From: Octopus sinensis
Taxonomy: Eukaryota
Assembly: GCF_006345805.1 (NCBI RefSeq)
Contig: NC_043002.1
Location: 84,134,001 to 84,198,000, forward strand
DNA: 64,000 bases
Direction: 5' to 3'
The notes beneath the pieces are model-generated. The model worked only from the letters and a program-made list of their open reading frames with translations. It was not told the origin of the DNA and made no database searches. The position numbers were made by a program, and so were the translations under genes. This document shows positions 52,601 through 63,714 of the stretch, one piece after another; the first letter of the stretch is position 1; every line of letters starts with the position of its first letter.

Positions 52601-55600
52601 AAAAATGTGTGAGAAAGGAAACGGTTGAGAGAAGAAAGGTGTGGAGATTGAAGGAAGAAGAAACAAGAGCAAGGTTTGAAGAGAGAGTTAGGGAGCTGGT
52701 AAGCATTGATGCACTGGATTTGTGGAAATCTTTTAAGGAAGGGGTACTGAAGACATGTGACAAAGTGTGTGGAAGGACAAAAAGTAGGAGAGATCGGTGA
52801 GATATGTGGTGGTGGAATGAGGAAGTGAGGGATGCGATAGCAAGGAAGGAGGTGCACAAAGCTTTATGTAATAATAGGACTGAGCAAATGAAAGCCAAGT
52901 ATAATAACATGAAGAAGCGTGCAAAGAGGGTGGTTGTGAGATCTATGAGGAAGGAGGCTGAGGAGAAGTTGAGCAGGCTGGATGAGAACCCAGATAGAGT
53001 GTGTAGGTTTATGAAATCAATGAAAAAAGATGGAAGAGATGTTAAAGGAGGAAGGTTCTCCTTGAAGATGAAAGGAAGCGTTTATCGGAGTTGTGTGAAA
53101 TCTGCAATGCTGTATGGGAGTGGGACATGGTGTCTGAGGGAAAGCAAAATGGCAATTTTGTGAAGGACCAAGAGAGCAATGTGTGGTGTGAAACTACTGG
53201 ACAGAAGGAGGGCTGAGGACTTGATGGAGATGCTGGGATTTGGAGGAATTGGTGGAACAGCTGGCAAGGGCGAATGGAATGCAGTGGTATGGACATGCAT
53301 TGAGGAGGGATAAGGATCATGTTCTGAAGAGCGTGCTTGAGTTTAAAGTGAATGAACTGCGAACGCAAGGTCGACCAAAGGAAACATTGAGGGAACAGAT
53401 GGAGGAGATTGAGAGGAATGACTTGAAGAGGGAGGATGACCAAAACCAGGTGAGATGGCATGATGGTGTGAGAGCGGTTGCAGTAGGAGTGAGGTAGATC
53501 CAACCACCCACATTAACAGGGACAGACCTGGATTTAAAATATTGGAATTCATCATCATCAACATCAGTGTGCCACACAAATGGGAATGATATAGAAACTA
53601 TGTAAGATGGAAACTTAACCAAACAGCCATGCCTGTGCTTCTTAAGTGTATGGGTCCCATTTTATTGTTAAGATGTGTATATAACCTTAACAAAATATGT
53701 TAATGTTGAAGTGTGTATGTGCAGCATATGTTGAGGTGGTGCAAGCAGTATTTCATTAATGAGTATACACAAGCTGCAGACATTTTACAGTTGAGATTTG
53801 CATGCAGGGCATTTTAATGTTAAGGTGTTTCATTTGTTCAATGAGTGTTTTTCCATGCAAGCATGGGTTGAGCAGGGGCTTATTTGAGACAGAGTTTTAT
53901 GGCCAGATGCTCTTCCCGGTCACCAAACCATACCTGTTTTTCTCAAGTAAGAGAATTCTTGATTTCTCCTCATCTTCAAAAGTGTAGAGTGACTGGTTTA
54001 TGATGTCAACAAGGAATGTAAACATCATATCACCATTTCACTCAGACAGTAACAAGTGACATCATAGAATGTCACTATTCATGTGCATATGCACACATAC
54101 ACACACATATACAAGAAGCTGTCATCAATTTCCATCTATCAAATTTACTGAAAACGCATAGGTGGCACAGAACTATGGTAGACAACAGTTGCCCAAGATG
54201 CTATGTAGTGGGACTGAACCTGAAACCACACAACCTATTGCTGAGATATTTGCATGCTGTATTGTAGACATGTACACATGTGGCACTTTAGATTTAGGTC
54301 TAATGCTATGACATCTGTTTGCAATTTAAGAATAATTTAAAAAGTTAGTATCACCTAGCAGATTAGAGACCATTTTCAGCTAAAATTATTTAATGCTGGT
54401 GGTACAAGAAAAAGCACTCAGTACAAGTGAATGGCATTAGGAAGGGTACCTGGCTATAGAAACCATGTCAAAGCAGACACTGGAGCATGATGCAGTCCTT
54501 GGACCCATTGGATCCTGTTAAACTGTCTAACACATACCAGCATGGAACATGGACATTAAGTGGCGGTGATGGAAGTCAGAAAAATTGTTTAGTTTTATTT
54601 CAGAAATGAAAGGGAGAAAATGAATTGATGTTTTGATAACTCTCTCCAAATCATGTCCCAATATAATTTTGTTTAGCATTTTTATAGATGCATGGCACAA
54701 AGTATCAGATCAAATTGTGCTGTGCTTTCAGTTTGGTGCTACACTGTAGGTCACCTGCACTTTTTGATTGTGTGATAGATTAAACAGCTTGCATCCAATG
54801 ATGTGGTGACTGCAACTTACTTATGCATGTAGTTACTGCAGCTAAAACGAAGTAAACTTAAATGATAAAAACAGCTCCAAATTTGCCTGATTTATCATAA
54901 AAATTTGATAATCTAGCTTATAAAAGGTAGGGCTGAGAGAGAGAGAGAGGGGGGGGAGAGGAGAGAGAGAGAAAATGGATGTTTTCTTTTCCTTTTAGTG
55001 ACTTTAATAACTAAGAAACTACTTCAAGAATTTTTTGGTAAATCATATCAAATCTAACATCTATTTCATCCTGGCATTATTTTATTCACCAGCCTCGTCT
55101 GGCCTCCATGCCAGTGGCACGTAAAAAGCACCATCCGATTGTGGCCGTTGCCAGCCTCATCTGGCACCTGTGCCGGTGGCACATAAAAAGCACCCACTAC
55201 ACTCACGGAGTGGTTGGCGTTAGGAAGGGCATCCAACTGTAGAAACACTACCAGATCAGACTGGGCCTGGTGCAGCCTTCTGGCTTCCCAGACCCCAGTT
55301 GAACCGTCCAACCCATGCTAGCATGGAAAGCGGACGTTAAACGATGATGATGAATCAAATAGATAAGCTACATTTTGAGGAGCATAGAACAATACACTAA
55401 TTTACACAAATGCACACACATATATCATCATCATTTAACATCTGTCTTCCATGCTGGCTGGGTTGGACAGTGTGACAGAAGCTGGCAAGCAACACCAGGC
55501 TCCACTGTCTGCTTTGACATGGTTTCTATGGCTGGATGCCCTTCCTAATGCCAACCATAAATAATAGGTACAGGCATGCCTGTGAGGATGCAGAGTTTGC

Positions 55601-58509
55601 TTTATTATTATTATTATCATGTAGTTTTGGGTTTTATCCCACTGTTTAGCACCTTCGGAAAATGTCTTCTACTGTACCTTTAGGTCAACCAATGTTGTGA
55701 GTAGAACTAGTAAACAGAAACTGTATGAGAGCTCATCATATATACATCATTCTTGTTATCATCGTCATCATCATTTTTATGTCTACTTTTCCATGCTTGC
55801 ATAGGTCAGATAAGACTTTGCTGAAACAGAATTTTGCCAGACCAAATGCATTTCCTCCCCTATTCTAATCAACAACTAACAATCTGGACATGAATTTGTT
55901 AAGGACTACAAACTAATGACACCGTTTGTATGAAATAATGACATCTGTGTCCAGTACTCACATGTCAAGACATGCCAGTACGATGAGACACGCTTTAGTA
56001 GTGGACTGTAAACAAAGAACAGCTGACATCACTGAATTGCAAATCCGATTAATTAGTTTAAATGTTATAAGTTCACAACCATGAAGTCTCAAGTTCAAAC
56101 TCACAGCAGAGCATTTTGGGAAGCTTTTTTTTTTGCCATAGCGTCGGGCTAACCCAAGCCTTGTGAGTAAGAGTGGGTATTCAAGAACAGAGCAGAAGAC
56201 CATTAGATTGATCGTTCCTGTAATTACATTGAGGATACACGGATCTGTAGAATACTCAGCCACTTACATGCTAAATCAAGGCGCTGGTAGTTCAATTGAT
56301 TGAACAACTAGATACGTATCATTGAAATCAACGGTGATCCAGTGTTTTACATGCTAATAGCAACTACAACTTAATATAACTATGACTGAATGCTCAAGTC
56401 AGGTTTAACTAAATGAACTTCAATGTAGATCTCTGCTGAGGCCTTTGAATAAGCATGTACTTCTTATTGTTCAACCATGAAGCTACCCTGACCTGGCAGG
56501 CCTATGATCAAAAACACATCTGTCGTACAATCTTATCGTTTCAGAGAATATGTAGGACCTATATTGTCTAAAGTGTCACGGTATGGTGTGATTTGAAAAG
56601 GGATTCACTCGATGACACTTTGATATTATAGATGCTATTATAGGATCGTTATAGTAGAGAATATTGTTGTTTAATACTAGGTCATCTCCGACAACACAGA
56701 CCTATGATTAAAGACATTCTAGCTGTGGCATCCCACATATTTTATATATGAAAGACTACATTGTCTAAGTGTATTCTTTAAGACGGTAGAGTGTGATTTG
56801 CGGGAGATCTAACTGCTATTTCTAGCGAGCCCTATGTGTGTGTGTATGTATATATATATCATTTAGTTGTAAACTTAAAACGAGTATCCTATTAATGTGA
56901 AATAGAAATTTGGGGAATGTTGGGTGTAATAAATCTGAGTGCTATCCGTGGGAAAAGAAGGAGAAAATAAGCACCTTTGAGTACCATAACTCATGGTGGC
57001 AATATATGTGTGTATGTATTAGTGAAATTAAAATCAGTTTTTGATATATGATGAAATTAAATGGTCAAAGCATCCTTTAATTTCCTCAGTAATGCAAGTA
57101 AGTATATTTTGGCCTTAGTTGTTACTTAATCCCGGATCATTGCAGAAAAATAGATTTGTGGTTAAAAAGTAATCCAGTCGAGACTATCTCATCTTTTTGG
57201 AGATGTATAGCAATACATTTTCTAACATACTATATCCCTATTTATGACGGTAGCATGTGGAAACTTGGCTGCTAATTCGAATAGGCCGAACGACCACGTT
57301 GTCTTGTTGTCTAGGCAATATTTCTCTCATTAGTTTACTGCTATAATTGTTGTAATAAAGGAATTTTGGGTGTGTACATATGTCTGCGTGTCTGTATATG
57401 TATGTATGCGGGTGTTTAAAGAGGGATGCAGAGTAAAAATTACATTTAAAGGCTTACTTTTGTGATTCCTTTGAGGAAACAGGATTATTGGTAATCTCTC
57501 TCGTAACCGAACTTTTCGTCTGATTGGAAACAGACGTTTTTGTTTGAGGTTGAACTGCGGTAGTTTTTGTTATCCCTTGAGTTCGAGCGATTGGTTTTAA
57601 TTGTTTCACTGATTTCTGTTGTTGATTAAAAACTTTTAACGACTTCCCTTGTGCGAGTTGCAAAGAGGCTACTCCGGATGATACTGTAGACACCGACGGC
57701 CCATTTCCTTGGATTGAGCTTTTAGTAGTGTGAGAATTATCCATTTGAGTCGATCCTGCGAGTTGCTTTTGCATTGTAGATAGTTTCGGTTTTGATTGAG
57801 AGATAGCCGTTTTCTCGGAAGAGTCTGAACGAACGGGCTGATATTGCTGGCGTTGTGTCTGTTTATTCTTGGTTGCCACATCTACACTTGAACTTTCATT
57901 TGACGAGGCAGATAAATTTGGATTCTTGGATTCCTTTTCTGACGAACATGAATCGTTTTTGTTCCGAATTATATCATCACTGGGATCTTTGTTGTTATTG
58001 TTGGTATTCGGAGGTCTGTCTTTCTGATGTTTAGATTGGTTAACATCCGCGATTTCCAAAGCTTCATTGAGTCCAAAAGAGATGCATTTGAGATACCAAC
58101 AAGCACGGCATTTATTTACAATATCTGTTTTGATAACACATAATCCAGAAACTGGTGATTTCGAAGTCAACAAATTGGAATTCCTCAATGATATACGTCT
58201 GTTAATCTGACTCTGAGTAATACAGACATAAGTTAAGTGTGCATCTCCTAAGGTACTATGCTGGTAAAAATTCCTACATGCGGAACAAAAACTTTTTGTC
58301 TGAATCTTAACATCTGTAGGTCTATTTATGTTATTTGTCGACTTACTGTCAATATACTGCTCCGCCGCCTGTGCCCCACACACAAAACACGGGGCTGTTG
58401 CTGCCGTGGCGGCCAAAACTCCATCATCATCATCTTTTTTTAGCCCATCCTTCCGATTAAAATCCTGTGTTGTGGTTCTTTTGTGTTTCTGCGGGGACTT
58501 AAAGTCCAT
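31093..58509 (-). CDS. Spliced gene model: giant protein (>=3,761 aa) with 14 nuclear-receptor-type C4 zinc-finger DBDs, no LBD seen; 3' end unresolved
   Basis: Six exons joined by hand, each with a GT donor, AG acceptor and matching phase (2,2,0,2,2). Each exon carries one or more C-X2-C-X13-C-X2-C...C-X3-5-C-X9-C-X2-C-X4-C...GM motifs (loops expanded in DBD1 and DBD5). Confidence 0.85.
32349..32618 (-). CDS. Coding exon 5, DBD13 (32363-32566)
   Basis: Acceptor cctttctttgttacag|C, donor GAGAA|GTAAGA, both phase 2. [25 protein letters not shown]...CKYNNHC...[14 protein letters not shown]. Confidence 0.88.
33427..34758 (+). mobile_element. hAT (Charlie/Buster-type) transposon remnant in intron 4
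   Basis: [10 protein letters not shown]...[19 protein letters not shown] transposase motifs with stops. Charlie-like 3' TIR AAAAGTTTGGGAAACATTG ends at 34758. Confidence 0.8.
35091..35416 (-). CDS. Coding exon 4, DBD12 (35210-35410); this reading frame is absent from the ORF track
   Basis: Hand translation: [82 protein letters not shown]. Acceptor atcactttttacag|AAC (phase 0), donor ACCAA|GTAAGT (phase 2). Confidence 0.88.
36424..36781 (-). CDS. Coding exon 3, DBD11 (36529-36729)
   Basis: Acceptor tttttatatatttctag|T (phase 2), donor ACGAGG|GTAATG (phase 0). [28 protein letters not shown]...CDSKNC...[14 protein letters not shown]. Confidence 0.88.
37040..37300 (-). mobile_element. Tc1-like transposase N-terminal remnant (intron 2)
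   Basis: RKPKLSDRD...[29 protein letters not shown]...[19 protein letters not shown]. Confidence 0.8.
38480..38660 (-). mobile_element. mariner transposase C-terminal remnant
   Basis: [28 protein letters not shown] resembles the mariner WEVLPHPPYSPDLAPSDYHLF motif; in-frame stop upstream. Confidence 0.75.
38772..47609 (-). CDS. Giant coding exon 2 (8,838 bp, 2,946 codons) with nine NR-type DBDs (DBD2-10)
   Basis: Lies within the 2,974-aa ORF. Acceptor ctatttatgttgcag|G, donor GATGG|GTAAGT. DBDs at 47354-47554, 46940-47140, 45371-45574, 44903-45115, 43442-43642, 41120-41320, 40238-40438, 39488-39688, 38954-39154. Confidence 0.93.
50570..50955 (+). mobile_element. RTE-clade LINE reverse transcriptase fragment
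   Basis: [22 protein letters not shown]...LRKLG...[16 protein letters not shown]...[14 protein letters not shown], degraded. Confidence 0.85.
51600..53520 (+). mobile_element. Internally deleted RTE-clade LINE (AP endonuclease plus C-terminal region)
   Basis: VGSWNVGSL...VCCMQEARW endonuclease motif; [14 protein letters not shown]; [12 protein letters not shown]; WYGHALRR; GRPKETLR. Many frameshifts. Confidence 0.85.
57458..58509 (-). CDS. Coding exon 1 of multi-DBD gene (350 codons + 2 nt), contains DBD1 with two loop insertions
   Basis: ATG at 58509; the ORF-track start at 58512 is GTG and an in-frame TAG lies at 58542-58540. CFVC-X30-CSAC-X17-C-X27-C-X9-CRACWYLKC at 58069-58389. Donor CAAAA|GTAAGC, phase 2, matches the phase-2 acceptor at 47609. 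Confidence 0.8.
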
Positions 58510-59089
58510 CACAAGGAAAGTAGAAGTCTTCGTGGCACACTAAAAATACACAACAAAACAACGTCCGACATAATTGATCCGCCAGCTTACTTACTGCTGC
58601 GACACCTAGCGGCTACACAAGAGAAAATAACTAGCGAGATATTCGCACGACTTCCTAGTAAGGGAGATAACCACAGTCAAGTCCTGATTTGCACGATCAG
58701 TAGCGAGAAAACATTGCACTATTCATTTAACAGGATAAATTATTTCTCCTAAATATTTTTTGTTTGTTTCAGTTTATTGGACAGCGGCCATGCTGAGTAC
58801 CGCTTTGAAGGGTTTTACTCAAACGAATTGCCCCAGTACATATTCGATTGGTTTCTTTTTGCCAAATAGCTAGATTAAGGGAACGTAAACAAACCAATAC
58901 TGGTAATGGGGGACAATCACAACACAAACATTTTATAATATGTATGTATGTTCTCTTCTGTTTTTAGTTATTTAAATTCTTTCTCTGAGAAAGGAGCTGG
59001 TTTCTAAGAAAGATACAAAGCTCCATCGTTGGAAAATAGATAACGACTTGAGAAAAGTCTGGCCTATTTTTACTGTTACACTTAAAGAT

Positions 59090-59345
59090 TGTATTAGTAA
59101 TGTGCGATTTCTTTTTCTGAAAATCCAAGCTTATCCAGACTATCACTTAGGCACTTACTCACAAAACCAAGTGCAATAATTATTGCTATAAATGTAAATT
59201 TGTAATCTAAATATAAAAGTTTAAGGTTTCGAAGCAGTACATATTCTTGTCTGTCCCAAACATCAATAGCCGGCCTGTTATGCTTACACTCGACCAAGGT
59301 TTTGATGGGAACGTTCCCTGTGTTAATGTTTGTGTTCGTATTCAC
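59090..59345 (-). mobile_element. Possible restriction-like-endonuclease (R4/NeSL-type) LINE remnant
   Basis: VECKHNRPAIDVWDR and FIAIIIALGFVSKCL resemble the HNRPDIVV.D and PVIIGALG.V motifs. Confidence 0.45.
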
Positions 59346-62300
59346 TTCAATAGCAGGGGATTTTCTATATTTTATTCCAGGACAGTCTTTCTTTCCGGAT
59401 GGCGTTAAGCATTAAATGTGGTGTGCAAGAGAGACGACTGCACTGGTATGGTCAAGTGTTACATATGGATTAGGACAGCTGTGCGAGGAAGTGTCACAAC
59501 CTAACTGTGGAAGAGGTAGACCCAGGAAGACATGGGATAAGATTGGGCCTCACAGAGGCAATGGCAGGAGACCAAGATCTTTGAAGATATGCTGTGATTG
59601 AGAAGACCTGGCAACTAAAGTGAGATCACAGCCATGGCCAATGCTAGTGTTGCATGTCTGGCCCATTTAAGAGTACTCTTGATGCATTGGGTGATATGAT
59701 ATGCTTGAGAAGATCTGTTGAGTCAAGTAAAACCAAAATTGTAGCTGTGGCCAGTGCCTCTTGACTGGCTCCTTTTCCAGTGGCACATTAAATGCATCAT
59801 CCAAACGTGGTCAATGCCAGTGTCCACTGACTGGTTCTTGTGCTGGTGGAATGTAAAAAAGCACTATCCAAATGTGACTGATGCCAGTACTCACTCACTG
59901 GCTCCCGTGCTATCGGTACATAAAAAGCACTGTCCAAACATGATCGCTACCAGTGATCATGTATGGGTGTTAGTGTAACATGTATGCAAAGTTTCATGAA
60001 TATTGGTTCACTGGTTTAGGCACTAGGATGGTAACAGACTGACAGAAATTGCCATTTACTCTTTTACTTGTTTCAGTCATTTGATTGTGGCCATACTGGA
60101 GCATCACATTTAGTTGAGCAAATCGATCCCAGGACTTATTCTTTGTAAGCCTAGTACTTATTCTATCGGTCTCTTTTGCCGAACCGCTAAGTTACAGGGA
60201 TGCATACACACCAGCATCGGTTGTCAAGCTATGCTGGAGGGACAAACACAGGCACACAAACACACACACAAGGCTTTGGTCGGCCCGGGGCTATAGTAGA
60301 AGACACTTGCCCAAGGTGCCACGCAGTGGGACTGAACCCGGAACCATGTGGTTGGTAAACAAGCTACTTACCACACAGCCACTCCTACGCCTATGACCGA
60401 CCCCTCTTGTGAGTCCCGCCCATAGTACTATATATATTTATATATAGATATCATGTCAGTGTGAATGTGTGTGAGCCCACCAGTTTTTTTTTCTTATTAA
60501 ATTCCAGTATAATCATAATGTACAGCATCTGAAAGGTATTTGTAGAAAATTTCATTTTTCTGAAAGTTATGAGGAAACAAAGCCAGCTCATGTGGATTTC
60601 CTGAAACTCCTCTCTCCACCCTGAGAAAATATTTTTGACAGTAAATTCTGATATAACCAGAATCTGCATCATCCGAAGTGTACTTGTAGAAAATTTCATT
60701 TAAAAACTATCTGTTTTTCTGGCAATTATGAGAAAGCAAAGCTGGGGTGGGGACACACTTCTGTAGTATGCCTCAAATGATATGACCGGGGTGTGTGAGA
60801 GGCCTGAGCTGGCCAGTTCTGAACATAAAAGGGAAAGAGTATATGGGTCTAATATGGCAAGTTGAAATGTTAAAGGACTTAGGCTTTTATCATCTTAAAA
60901 CATATTATGCATAATTTTGATTAATAAATTAAAATAAACAATGGTTTTCTAGATTTCTTCTAATATTTAAACTTTGGAACATAATTGGGTTTTGGTTTTT
61001 TTTTTTCTTTTTGACATTCCATGCAACTGGCTCATGTAGTTACTTCACCGATCTTCATTACGTCCTAAAGTTAAAACGTCTGAGACACCCCATCCTTCAT
61101 CATCCTCATTGGGCACTTAATGAGTTTTCACTGTTCCAAATTGCTTTTCTTGTTTTATCACTTGTATGACTATCTTTTTTCAGTGGTTTGGCTGTTATTT
61201 CTAGCATGTGGCAGGACTATATTGAGACTTCTCTAATTTCATCAGTTGGTTTAACAAGCTTTTACACATGAACAAATGACTGAATAAATATAATGCTGGT
61301 ACGGGGATGAAGTGGGTGGGTATTTTGAAGACTCGTAAGAAGAGGAAGAAATTTTTTAAAAAACTGAAAAATAAAATCGGTTGGTGAGGAAATTATAAAT
61401 TTGAAACGCTGTTTTGGAGAGCAAAATTGTAATGGTTGTTGTTGAAAACAGAAATCCAAGAAGATTTTGAAAAAAAGATTTAACTAAAACTTTATTGCAA
61501 GATTTATTCACTTGTTACTTACTTATGTCCCCACCAAGCTACATGGCACAGTGGTTAAAGCATTGGACTGATAATCATGAGGTAGTGAGTTTGATTCCAG
61601 GACTGGGTGGTGTGTTGTGTTCTTGGGCAAGACACTATTTCATGTTGCTCCAGTCCACTCAAGTGTAGAAATAAGTTGCGATATCACTGGTGCCAAACTG
61701 TATCGGCATTTCTCTTGGATAATACCAGTGGCATGCAAGGCTGACTGCTGGTCTTCCATAAAGAACCTTGCCCAGACTTGTGCCTTAGAGGGTAACTTTC
61801 TAGGTGCAATCCCAAGGTCATTCATATTGCTACACTCCACCTTGAGAAACACTGAGTTAGACCAGCTGCTCTTTTCCCATCTGAACTCAACAACTCTTAC
61901 AGACTCCACCCAGCAGAAGTGTTTCCTTTATAATATCACAAGTGTGGCTATGTGATAAGAAGCTTGCTTCCCAACCATATGGTTTTGGGTTCAGTCCCAC
62001 AGTGTGACACCTTGGGTAAGTGTCTTCTACTGCAGCCTCAAGCTGACCAAAGCCTTGTGAATGGATTTGGTTGACAGAAATTGAAGGAATCCCATCATGT
62101 ATGCGTGTGTGTGTGTGTGTGTGTGTGCATGCATGTGTGTGTGTGTCTCTGTGTTTGTCCCCAATCACCACTTGACAACTGATGTTAGTGTGTTTATGTC
62201 CTCATAGCGGTTTGGCAAAAGAGATTGAAATAATAAGTATTGGCTTAAAAAAGAAATAATAACTCCAGGGGTTGATTTGTTCAGTTAAAACCCTTCAAGG

Positions 62301-62409
62301 TGATGCCCCAGCATGGCCACAGTCAAATGACTGAAACAAGTAAAAGATAAAAGAAAATTGTATACATTACTCAGGTGAGCTACAACTCATCAGAAAAAGT
62401 AACAAAAAC

Positions 62410-62645
62410 TGCATGAACATCAAGTCTTAAGAAAAAAAATGGGAGTGGACACATCAAGTGTACTGTTGGTGAATTTCAGGAAGCATGGAAGTTTTGAAGG
62501 ATGTGGTGACCTGATAGGTAACAACTGATGTGGGTAGTTTATTCCTTGCTTCAGCAATTCCAAATGTGAAAAAATGTTTCTGAATGTCATGGGTGCTGTG
62601 TTGTTTTTTGATTTTGTAAGCATGCCCATGAGTGTTAGACATATA
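62410..62645 (-). mobile_element. CR1-type LINE 3' fragment
   Basis: THGHAYKIKKQHSTHDIQKHFFTFGIAEARNKLP. Confidence 0.7.
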
Positions 62646-63079
62646 GAATCTTATTTTCTTTTTATGAAATGAGATTTAGAATGAATATTTTACTTAAATT
62701 ATTTTTTATTGTATTTAGTTTAATCTATCTTTAAGAAAAAAATGAGGTATTCTTTCGACGAACACCAGTGCAAAAACAAACCCTGAGAAAAAAAAGAAGT
62801 TGCTTCTAATTTATTAACTATTTATAGTGAAACTATTATCTCACATTACAATAGTGATGTTTCACTTTTGACACGTAAAAATGAAACAGTGTAAGAGATT
62901 GCTCTGGGCTTGCATTAGGCAAGAAGTTGAAATTCTTTTGGCCCATGATATTCCATGGACCCTAAGTAGTGCGTATGTAAAATTTGAATGATATTGATTG
63001 GGTAGTTCTCGAGTTTTAGTAATGCACACATACAGGCAAACAAACAGACAGACACACATTCTCAGTTTTATATATATAG

Positions 63080-63525
63080 ATAGGCTGATGGTGTCTTAGC
63101 ATCACTCAGTAAGACCTCTGTCAGCTGCTTTCCAGGTATCTTTTTAAAGCTGTATAAGACTATGGTATGTCCACACTTAGAGTTTGCATCACCAGTCTGG
63201 AATCCCATCTTGCTCAACATATCAGTCTCCTGGAAAGTGTTCAGAAACATGCAACCAAACAAATACTCACCATCAAGCATCTACCATACTCTGAAAATCT
63301 TGCTTCCCTGGGCACAGACACAATAAAGCTCTGATGTCTGGCGACTGACTTGGCAGACACCTACAAGATTATCCACCATCTTTTCAAAACTTGGGCACTT
63401 TTTGAATTCCATTTGTCAAACACTCGTGGACATGCTTGCAAAATTAAAAAATGACACAGCACTTATGACTTTCGGAAACATTTTCTCACACTCAGATTTA
63501 CTGAAGCATGGAATAAACAGCTTAC
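63080..63525 (+). mobile_element. CR1-type LINE 3' fragment
   Basis: LYKTMVCPHLEFASPVWNP...LLESVQKHATK...DL..TYKII; same family as 62410-62645. Confidence 0.75.
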
Positions 63526-63625
63526 AACATCAGGGGTCAATAGAATAAGTACCAGTTGAACACTAGGGTCAATGTGATTGACTTATCCTGTCCTCTTAAA
63601 ATTCCTGGCCTTGTGACAAAATTTG

Positions 63626-63714
63626 AAATAATAATAATAATAATAATAATAATAATCATCATCATCATCATCATTATCATTATTATTATTATTAGTAGTA
63701 GTAGTATTATTATT
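63626..63714. repeat. Compound trinucleotide repeat (AAT)n(CAT)n(TAT)n(TAG)n
   Basis: Seen directly. Confidence 0.95.

Noticed and set aside
52119-53500. Plus-strand ORFs of 60-120 aa as a host gene
   Set aside because: Frameshifted pieces of an RTE LINE.
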